A DNA stretch of 64,000 bases from Hydrurus foetidus (taxonomy: Eukaryota). Positions within the stretch are counted from its first letter, which is position 1. Each line of letters starts with the position of its first letter. Positions 35,492 to 44,957 of this stretch are shown piece by piece. The DNA is taken from positions 1 through 64,000 of the forward strand of contig UYFQ01000471.1 in NCBI GenBank assembly GCA_900617105.1, written 5' to 3'. Position numbers and translations under genes: made by a program. Under the pieces are notes generated by a model. It made no database searches. It was not told the DNA's origin and worked only from the letters and a program-made list of their open reading frames with translations.

Positions 35492-35870
35492 TACGGGCTG
35501 ATGACACCAAGAAAGGTAAAATACGGTTTAGAAAAAAAAAATCTTAAACCCCTTTTTTTCGGCGAAAAAACATCTTAAAATTTCAGCTTTTCGATTTGGG
35601 CACTCAAATGATCGATTGTAGGCGGTGGCTAAGCATCACATCCTGGAGCACGATCCCAATACGGTGGTTGTCCTTCTTACGAATCTGAAGATATGACGTG
35701 CTTCAGTATGATGTGGTCTACAGTGTGATGCCGATGCCAGTGGGGGGCACAATTGGCGTCGGGGCACAATTTGCGACGTACTCACCCACCACCAACATGG
35801 CATTCCTACCTTTCAACCAAGATACTAATCAATCATCCACAACTTCCATTGCACTATCATCGCAAATAAG

Positions 35871-37628
35871 ATGCCCACTAGGCTCTCGAATCCATGGGGC
35901 AGGTCCAATCTGAAATTGAATGCCAACTCGATGACAGCGGAGCAGAAAACTTGGATGATTCACGAAATCAAATATCATGGACAATCTTGCGCTCACTTGG
36001 GGAATCGGTACGGAATCGACCGTAAACTTCTGTCGAAGTGGGTCATTCGATATGCTCAGAATAAAGTTGTCGCGGTAAGTGCAGGGAGGCCATCCTTATT
36101 TACAGCGAAAAGCTTGGTCGATTTGAAGAAAGACTTGGCTAGTGAGACTTACAATGTGAGAACCGACAACTTTATAGACAGCATGCAAAAGGAGCACGTG
36201 AAGCTTGTAACAGCATCAACAAACAGGGCAGAGTGCTCTATAAATCCAGTTTCTCGGCGGTCTGTCGGACGTTATATGAAGAAAATGCAAGTCAAAGTAG
36301 GCAACGCTGAACAAACGACCGATGGTCGGGCTAAAGCTACTGCGGACAAAGTGAATGCAATCTCTGTGGCTGCTGCTCATTATCTAATGATGCCATTATC
36401 GGATCCCAACATCACCATCAATGCCGACGGCACGTCCTATCAGACTGGTGGCGGATTGACGGACAAAGTTTCCATCATTTATGACCCTGAGGAGCAAGCC
36501 AGCAGAGGTACGCCACTCAAGGTGTTACCGGTGAAGGGATCATCGCTAACGGCATTCTTCGTCAAATTTTACTTGTGTATGAATGCTACGGGTACGACGG
36601 CGTCTCCCATCTATATTGTGGCGGATGCAAACATGAAGGATACCGAGATCGACTTTCATGAGGTACCGGGGCTGGGCATTGGGACTGAAGTGAATACTTC
36701 AGGGTACATCGTATTTGCTAAAACTAGATCTGTTAACGAAGCTTTCTATCGCTGGTGGTTTCATTCTATTTACGTCCCTTTTGTTCTTGCTTTAAGAATA
36801 AGATACGACTTGAGTAACGACACTCCTTCTTATTTTACACTGGATGGGGAAGACACTCAAATAAAGCCGATGCAATCTGCTGAGGTGCGACTGGCATGTA
36901 AGGAGCTCAATATTATCATCGGAAAACCGCCAGCATCAACTACTTCTATCACGCAACCATGCGACGCTGGTAAGTGTTTCCTGGCATCGAAGACGAAAAA
37001 GAAACATCTCAAAACAGTGGGTAAAATATTGGATGTGGTGATGACGAATCGTATCAAGAAGGTCATCAAGGTGCATGAAGCGAAGATTGGAAAATCGCTC
37101 CCTCCACATCACATCAAGGGAATATATGAAGGAGTGCAGACAGTACAGTACATCATTTCGACTACGATGAGGAGGGATATTATTGTACAGTCATTTGAAA
37201 TAGTCGGGCAGTATGATCGCACCACGGGAGGCTGCAATGTCGAGCAAGTTCTACGGCAGTGCAAGACACCATTCACGACAGAGGAAATCACCAAAGTGTG
37301 GGAGCATCTACCGCGACTGTGCAACATTCTGAAAACTAAAGGGGAGATACAAGAAAGTGATTACTTACCACTTAACATTGGAGTAGTTGCTGAGGGGAGA
37401 TCTCGTGACGACCTTGTTCTCAATCGGAGAAGATTTTTGTTCCTCACCAATCTCGCTTTCATTATCAAAGAGGACCAAAAGCGATTGGACAAGGTTACAG
37501 CGGCGGAGGAAAAGACAGATCAGGCCCGAAAGAGGAAAGCTGCGGCAGAAGCCAGGAAAGCGAACCCACCCGCACCCAAGAGACAAAAAAGTAGCGCTGT
37601 CGTTGCTGCTGATGTTGTAGCTGTTTAA
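35871..37628 (+). CDS. pogo/DDE_1-like DDD transposase
   Basis: N-terminal HTH-GRP-HTH region; catalytic motifs TINADGTS, FTLDGE and PPASTTSITQPCD (39 residues between the last two Asp by my count); basic NLS-like tail. Confidence 0.88.
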   Translation: MPTRLSNPWGRSNLKLNANSMTAEQKTWMIHEIKYHGQSCAHLGNRYGIDRKLLSKWVIRYAQNKVVAVSAGRPSLFTAKSLVDLKKDLASETYNVRTDNFIDSMQKEHVKLVTASTNRAECSINPVSRRSVGRYMKKMQVKVGNAEQTTDGRAKATADKVNAISVAAAHYLMMPLSDPNITINADGTSYQTGGGLTDKVSIIYDPEEQASRGTPLKVLPVKGSSLTAFFVKFYLCMNATGTTASPIYIVADANMKDTEIDFHEVPGLGIGTEVNTSGYIVFAKTRSVNEAFYRWWFHSIYVPFVLALRIRYDLSNDTPSYFTLDGEDTQIKPMQSAEVRLACKELNIIIGKPPASTTSITQPCDAGKCFLASKTKKKHLKTVGKILDVVMTNRIKKVIKVHEAKIGKSLPPHHIKGIYEGVQTVQYIISTTMRRDIIVQSFEIVGQYDRTTGGCNVEQVLRQCKTPFTTEEITKVWEHLPRLCNILKTKGEIQESDYLPLNIGVVAEGRSRDDLVLNRRRFLFLTNLAFIIKEDQKRLDKVTAAEEKTDQARKRKAAAEARKANPPAPKRQKSSAVVAADVVAV

Positions 37629-37659
37629 AATACTGTAATTCAATAATCAATTCATCTGC

Positions 37660-38178
37660 CTACATCCAATAAACGGCCGGCTCTTCAAAATCAAGTAAGT
37701 TATGCTGGATATCAACCGCTGGAGAAAATACGCCTGGGTGAAGTCGTTGAACATAGCGTTTGAGACTTCTCCTCGAGATTTTGGTCAGATCCTCTTCGCC
37801 TTCGACTTCTCTGACCACATTAGCAAATCGCCTGCTTCGGGTTGCCACGAATTCCGTTCGGATAGACTGTTTCAAACAAGTGATGTCGTCACACGTGTTG
37901 TCTGCAATCGAGGTGTTGACTTTGTCGTGACTTTCACCGTCGAGAACTCGCGGACGACCCTTTTTGAACCTCACAGGAATTCCCCGAAGCTTCCTTCGAA
38001 CCATTTTGTGCAGTGATTTTCTGTTGAAATTATACATCCTCGCAATGGTAGCTGCAGTTTCAACTTTTTCTATGACAAGGCAGACCATCCATTCTTTCTG
38101 CTCCAGCGAAGGTTTCACAGGCCGGAAATCAAAACCCGCAAGTGGATCATAAAATTGATGTGGAGCTGCATCGTTCAT
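37660..38178 (-). CDS. Small HTH protein homologous to the transposase DNA-binding domain
   Basis: 172-aa ATG-initiated ORF inside the TIRs; motifs align in order with the transposase N-terminus (EQKEWM/EQKTWM, GRPRVL/GRPSLF, ISRRSLKRY/VSRRSVGRY). Confidence 0.82.
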   Translation of the reverse strand: MNDAAPHQFYDPLAGFDFRPVKPSLEQKEWMVCLVIEKVETAATIARMYNFNRKSLHKMVRRKLRGIPVRFKKGRPRVLDGESHDKVNTSIADNTCDDITCLKQSIRTEFVATRSRRFANVVREVEGEEDLTKISRRSLKRYVQRLHPGVFSPAVDIQHNLLDFEEPAVYWM

Positions 38179-38592
38179 GCTGATTTCGTTGGGGGATCAA
38201 CGTCTTCGATAAGTCGGATAACTATGAATATGTGATCTCGATGTGCACAACGGCTGGGTAAGTACGTCGCCAATTGTGCCCCGACGCCAATTGTGCCCCC
38301 CACTGGGATGCATTTTCGAGTTCTGTATTTCCCCAATTTTTTTCGCATTTACAAAAATCCCGTCAAATTTCAGTTGACCAAATTTTTCAGAAAAACGAAA
38401 AAACGAAAAATGCATCGACATGGTCGTGTGCGGAATTTCATTTCGGTTCTTTTGAGCCATTGAACGTCAAAAACGATTCAGGCGTCGAATTGGGATTCGC
38501 GCCAACTCAATTTTACCTTTCTTGGTGTCTTCAGCCTGTAATACCAGAGTGGGGTGCCTGCAAATTAATATGCAAACCACAATACCATCTTA

Positions 38593-38794
38593 CACTGAGG
38601 ATATACGAAAAATGTCGACATGACGGAAAAGTGAACTTTCGACGGAAAAGTGAACTTTCCTTTTCCACTAGCCCGTGGCAAGCTGCCACGGAAAGTGAAA
38701 AGTAACAATTCAGGAACTGAAGTTCTCGGTTTTCACACTTTTCGGTCACTTTTGCGTCAGTTTCCGTGTCGACATTTTTCGTATATCCTCAGTG
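38593..38794. mobile_element. 202-bp MITE with CACTG termini (CACTA/EnSpm-like)
   Basis: Perfect 28-bp TIR CACTGAGGATATACGAAAAATGTCGACA; 3-bp TSD TTA; subterminal CGGAAAAGTGAA repeats. Confidence 0.88.
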
Positions 38795-39313
38795 TTATCC
38801 CAGATCCTAAAGGCGACCAAAATGATCCGGCTCCCGGAAAAATTCCGGAACGTGTACTTTTGTTTTTGAGTGCGTTTACCACTCACGAATTTCCCGTCAA
38901 ATCTTCCCACAAAAGTTGGGGACCTTTTTTGTGGAATTGGCGCACACGCATCATATCTCATCTCAAACTCATCGGAGACATCTCAACTCATTAACCATCG
39001 TCGTCACATACTGCTCAACAACCACTGAAGCAGCAAACCCGCCGCCGGATAGTTTATTTGTCTCCGTAGCGTGAATCTCGTCGCTGTCTAATTTTTATCC
39101 CGCTACGTTTTAAAACTAATTCGAACGGTGTGATTTACGGATTTTTATTTTTCGTCTCGCTGAGCACTTTGTAAACGTCGAATTCTTGAGATTGGGAAGT
39201 TGGAAACTCTCATAGCGTTGATAATCTGTTGAAGACGGGGATAATAATCGAGAATAGTGAGCGTTTGAGGGGCCTGAACATCAATTTGAAAAGACTGAGA
39301 GTGGCTCTGGAGA

Positions 39314-39808
39314 ATGGATTTTAAGAGGAAACGACGCCACGAGGAGACAATAATCGATCTAGATGACGTAATCTTCTGTATCAATCGGTCCCTTATTCGA
39401 GCCATCTACGATGCAAAGGAATTCTACCTTGAAGACAACGATCATGCTATTGTTCCGAAATTGGTTGAGTTTTCGCTGCTCGAAATATTTAGGGCAGATG
39501 AGGAAAGAGCATTGACCTTTTTTCTCTACTACCTCAAGCGTGATATTTCTTCAGCCTCTATTGGTGTGAGTATTAATGGTCAATCCAGGGGATCATCTAC
39601 AAGAATCATGATAGAGATATCAAAATGGAAGTCGTTAAAAAGAGCATCCTTAGAGAAGCTCTACCTCACTTTTTCTGCTGAGCGTGACAGTAAAATATCG
39701 AACATTATAACACCTGAACCAAAGATAAGGAGTGCAATAGAGCCGTATGATGCAGCGTCAATAAAGAGAATTTTAGGACAAAAACACAGTCAAAGCAGGA
39801 TGTTTTAG
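39314..39808 (+). CDS. Hypothetical 164-aa ORF inside the Sola2-like element (possibly the 5' part of the transposase gene)
   Basis: ATG-initiated ORF with NLS-like KRKRR, same strand and just upstream of the transposase remnants. Confidence 0.4.
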   Translation: MDFKRKRRHEETIIDLDDVIFCINRSLIRAIYDAKEFYLEDNDHAIVPKLVEFSLLEIFRADEERALTFFLYYLKRDISSASIGVSINGQSRGSSTRIMIEISKWKSLKRASLEKLYLTFSAERDSKISNIITPEPKIRSAIEPYDAASIKRILGQKHSQSRMF

Positions 39809-39856
39809 CGGATCACGAACCTGTACACCAGCCTTGGGGAGTTAGAGGTTACAATT

Positions 39857-42800
39857 ATGGACATCAAAATAGAAAAATTAGATATGCAGGAAACCATTGA
39901 TTCATTAGAGAATGCGATAAGGCGGCTCAAGTCGGATAGTGAAGGATCGAAACGCCGCATTTCTGCTAGTAAAGGGCAGATGACAAAAAGACTAAATGCG
40001 TTAGCATTAGAGACAACAAATAGAAATATTGAGTGGAAACGGTGTGAGTATCAATTGATCAAAAATGCTGGTTATAATAAGATGATTTCGACGAAGAATA
40101 AAACAACAATTAGAAGAGAAAAAGAAAAATTGAATGATATTAGACCGATCCAAAATACCAAAATTTCTTTACCTCTGATAATATTTGACAATATCAAAGA
40201 AAACATACATCTGCTAAATAAATTTAATGCATTCGAAAATATCAAAGCAATTATATGTACAATTTTAACAATAATAATTCCTCCAATTGAGAAAAGACCA
40301 AAAGAAAATTCCTCAAATACTGCTATATCAAATCTGTTAGGAGTCAATAATAAATCACTATTAATGAAGCATGTATTCGAGAAATGCGAGTTACTAAAAA
40401 CACTGAAATTTTTACCTATTGGAGTTTGTACTGCGGGAATGATAGAGAGCGCACTTGCACCTATAACAAGGTGATCGAACATTCATTTCACTCAATTCTT
40501 TATGCAATACTACTATCATTTTTTAATATTCTTTAACAATTGTATAAGTATCATTTTTCATACAACAATGATAATACTATTTATTTGTAACACAAATAGG
40601 AAAATTCGCTCTGATAGACTCCCAGAAAATGACAGATTACTAGCAGAAGAGTTCTGGAAATCTAATACTGAAGTTTCACCCAATGCAAAGGATGTTGTTA
40701 CGCTGAGAAATAAGGGGGTGGAACCTATTGATCATCCCGTACATCGTCAATATCACACAAATGAAACGATTCATACGAAATTCATAGAGGAGTCGAGTTG
40801 CAAGAAGATGTCACTGACAATTTTTAACGATTGTAAACCTTGGTACATCAGAGAGGGGGAAAATGACACATGTTTATGCCGAACATGCGAAGACTTCAGG
40901 CTAGCAAAAAAGCGGTATCTTACAATTACAATGTATTGAGGAAGCCCTTTACTCTGCGACCTGCAGCCCGCTTTATGAGATTCTTTTTCTGTGCGATGAA
41001 AGCTGGCAGAGAATACTTCGGTGTGACAGGCTACAGAGATCCAGCAATGTTAACGAGAGGGAAATTACTGTACAATATCGTTCAACAATTCCATATGTTA
41101 AGACGTACTAAATCGACAATAATTGAATTATGTTGCAGAGGTCGTAATATGGAAGAAATTGTGGAAAGAATTCTATGTTATCAATCTATGCCTAAAGGGG
41201 ACAAGAGGGGTAAACCGGCTTGTTACGGAGAATGCGATAAAGCTGCATTCTGTATCAATTGTTTAAATACCAATGGTACAGTTAATCGGTTGTACAGAGA
41301 TGTCGATGTTGAGAAGAATGAACTTACTGGATGGGATGTAAATGACAGGGTGTCGTACACTTCCTATGTCAAGGAAGATAAGCATAATACTATGCAGCAA
41401 ATGTCGATACTATATCAATACAAAGTGCACCCAAGTGACTTTCTACACTATTTTTCAACTTCTTTAATGAGTTATATTTATCATATTGCTAAGCTCAAGC
41501 GACAGAAGCACGCACATAGGGAACAGGATCAAACTTTCTACCATCTATGCTTCTACTGGATATTGATTTCTCTCAAAACTTTGTCTACACTGACCGTATT
41601 ACTTCTATTCAATCCGATCATTGGAGTTCAGCATCAGTCACAATATTTGTAGCTGTTATGAGATACCTAAGTATATCAGTATGGAATAAACCACCTATCG
41701 GATTGAGAAGAGGACAACAAGTTTCAGTCCTACATGAAACAACTGATGGAGGTGGAAGTACATACGACTACGGGGAGGTTGCAGCAGATCAAGATGTTAA
41801 ATCTGCAACAATTAGTGTTCGAATTCTCAAAGATAATAAAGAATAATATATTCCTTGCGAGCACATAAAAGTGCGAGAAGTTATCTCAATTCCACTTATA
41901 GTCGTGTCTGATAGCAAACTACACGATACATACTTTGTACGTCATTTCCTTTCTAAAACTTTATTGGGGCCAGATGGTTGGTTATCAAGTCAGACAAGAG
42001 AGCCTGGTTTATCATCGAGAATAAAATCTATAGACATATGCAGCGATGGGGCAGCGGCACACTTTAAGCAAAAAGGATCCATTCATTTCTTATCGTCCCT
42101 GAATGACTTCAACTACTCCTGGGTTTTTGGATGCCCTGGACATGGGAAAGGTACCTGGGACGGTCTAGGTGGAATTGTCAAGAACAAGACAGGAAAATTA
42201 ATAAAAGCTAATGATCTATTCTTATCAAGCCCAAACGAAGTGTACAAAGTTATTTTTGACTTGTTCGCTAGTGAGAAAGCACAAGCTAGATTTGATGCGA
42301 ACCCTAAGACTGTTATCAAGGAGTGGAAAATTCTATGGTTACCAGATATTGATATCATTCGTCCTAAAATTAATGGAATATCCGAAAATCAAATAAGTGA
42401 CCTGAAGGCTTTTCATGGTGTTGGTACAAGAGGTTTATTTTCTTTCAGGGTGAGATGGTTTCTCGGTCAGATTAAGCGGATGTCATTGTTCCTACTGTAT
42501 TAGAGGATTCTGTCCCGAAGGATTCGGTACCATCCCCAAAGGATGTATGAGTATGGAACCCACACAATATCTCATCTGTCAGCGATCAGATGTAGACTGG
42601 TGTACTGAAAAACAAAAACGCATTGAGCTACTTACAGATGAATTCAATGGAAAAGTGCAGCAAGGACATCTCATCGCCGTGGCCTCGCCCAGATTGAAAC
42701 AAAATAAAACAACGTCCGATATGTACAGTTCATTTGATATAGGAAAAGTGCAGAATGTTATAGAAGGATCTTACTCTCTACTTATGTATAAACGTTTGCC

Positions 42801-42969
42801 TAACAGCAGTATATATGTACCAAATATACCAATCAAGGCGATAAATATTTTGCATGGTCAGATTCGATATCATTTCGAGAATGCAAGCAATAATTTCGAA
42901 GATAAAATAGTTTTAGATATCCAAACAGTTCAAAATATCATTTCAAATTGTTTCAATGGCAAAAACTAA
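39857..42969 (+). pseudogene. Disrupted Sola2-like transposase
   Basis: Motifs RKIRSD (across intron 40471-40599), TCLCRTCE, DIDFSQNF, SDSKLHD, CSDGAAAHFK, GHGKGTWDGLGGIVK. Frameshifts near 40910, 41545 and 42450; in-frame TAA at 41844-41846. Confidence 0.78.
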
Positions 42970-43295
42970 TAGGATTATATTTCTCAACAGTATATGCATA
43001 TTACGTTGATTAATCATGAAGTAGTAATCTTTCTATTTTATGGCAGTAAAAATTGAATTTTGCTACAACGTAGACAGCAAATAGGGAGGTAAAAATCTGA
43101 TTTTTTTTTGTCTCCAAAAATTGGTTTTAAGCAAAACCCTTTCGAGAACATCATAATACTACTCCAACAAACTCGTTGCCAAAATTTCACTTCAAAAATG
43201 CAAAAATTGAAGAAGTTAGGACGTTATTAAGATTCCTGGGTGAGGGCCCGGGAGCCGGACCATTTTGGTCGCCTAAAGTATAGCGACACAATTAA

Positions 43296-43524
43296 TGGTG
43301 TACTGAATTAATAGTTTGATGTACTGAATTAGTAGTTTGATGTACTGAATACACCCTAACTCTAGCCCTAACCCTGACCCTGACCCTGAGTTTAGCCCTA
43401 ACACTAACTCTAATTCTAACCCTAATCTTCGCCCTAATCCTAACCCTAATCCTAACCTTTAGTATTGATTTCAGTACATCAAACTATTAAAATTCAGTAC
43501 ACGAATCTCTCAATTCAGTACACG
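43296..43524. mobile_element. Small inverted-repeat element enclosing degenerate CCCTAA repeats
   Basis: Three TGTACTGAAT motifs on the left and three inverted TTCAGTACA motifs on the right; telomere-like tract ~43353-43457 between them; TTAA near both ends. Confidence 0.6.
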
Positions 43525-43843
43525 TTAAATTATTTCCGCTTACTCAATTTAGTCCTGTTTACTTTTTGGGGTAAATTATTCTGGGAGCTGGAGGTTTGCA
43601 CACCTTTGTGCGCGTTCGTGAATATTGTGATATGATCTGCAGCACTCCCCCACAGAGAGCTGCACAAAAATATGTCACTTTTCGCACTACCGCAGGTTGT
43701 GGTCATCATATTTAATACCGTATTATCTATCATTATGGCTTGCCTGGTGGATCCACCTCAACAATTTCTAGGTGACGTCTGTTGCGCAGTGGAATCGAGG
43801 AATTCAGAGACGGGGAACGAAATCGCATGGCAGTAGTGGAAGC

Positions 43844-44920
43844 ATGCCTGATTTCCTTCTCCCCACCGTGATATACATCCTCGGCAGTTCTTTATGTTTC
43901 ATTCCTCTCTTCACGGGTGGGCTGGTTTCTTATGGATCTTCTTCTATTAACGATGCAGTTTTTTCTCAAAAAGGGCGAGATCTCTCCATAGCATCTGTTA
44001 CTCTTTCCGTCCCAATATTTCTGGGAGTATTGACAGATTTCGCCACATCAATCACGATTAGGGATAAGTCAGAAAAAATCAGACCGCATGTAGGACGAGA
44101 GCTTCTTATGTCCTTCGAAAGGCTCGTGATGACAGTCGCAATATTGATTGTGGCAGTACCGGCTTTTCTAGAAGCCGAAACACCGAATTTTGAAAACTTG
44201 TGGTTGTGTATGCGAAGATGTCGATTACTGCTCGTCGCCGGATCTGTTCAAGTATCACTCTGTAGATATGACAAAAGCTTCTTTTCCATAAAGACGACAT
44301 CCATATCTCTTACCCTAATGTCGATGGGCTCGGTAATTGGCGCATGCAGTACAAACATCTTGTCAGTATCGAAACTACTTGCGCTTTCTTACGTTTCTGG
44401 CGCCACAATTCTCATTGGAATAATATTCTTTCTGAGAAACTGCTGGAAGTGGCTTTTTTATGTAACGCCTCAAATTTACCGATGGGGATTCCAGAGGTCG
44501 ACAAACTGTCCATCTAAGGGGAACGTCGTAGTACTTCAGTGCTGCAAGCATTATTTATTTCCATCTATGCTAGTAATGAGCAGTGGTGCTGCTAGCATAA
44601 TAATGATAATAATATCCTCAATCTATCCCACAATCAATTACGATTCTGATTCCGTCTTCTACGACAACCTTGGGAACATTTTTTTCAACGTGTTCACCAT
44701 GTTCATATCAGACAGAATGATGAAGTTTGAAGTGATCGAAGGATTGGTTAGTTTTTGCCTATTTGCATCATTCTTCTGTCATTATCCATCACTGTGATAT
44801 TGCTGTAACTTACCTAAGCCAAATTTGTGAAATTCAGTAAATACTTTCATGGTCTTCCTCCCTCCCGCAATTGGTTGATTTCATCTGAGCTGTTAATCAT
44901 CATTAAAATTTAGAGGAAAA

Positions 44921-44957
<37 letters not shown>

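Larger units (their letters stand above)
35737..38306. mobile_element. Two-gene pogo-like (Tc1/mariner-related) DNA transposon (element E)
   Basis: 52-bp TIRs at 35737-35788 and 38255-38306 (2 mismatches, two internal GGGGCACAATTKGCG repeats). GATG on both flanks. Two intact convergent ORFs. Confidence 0.92.
32571..38582. mobile_element. Non-autonomous TIR element with TA TSD (element A), host of several nested insertions
   Basis: The right TIR 38510-38582 matches a left TIR split into 32571-32602, 33507-33523 and 35492-35522 (TTGTGGTTTGCAWATTAATTTGCAG..GCACCCCACYCTGG..GGCTGAWGACACCAAGAAAGGTAAAAT). TA on both sides. Confidence 0.8.
38812..43273 (+). mobile_element. Sola2-like DNA transposon (element G)
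   Basis: 26-bp TIR GGCGACCAAAATGRTCCGGCTCCCGG; 4-bp TSD TAAA at 38808-38811 and 43274-43277; internal transposase remnants. Confidence 0.82.
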
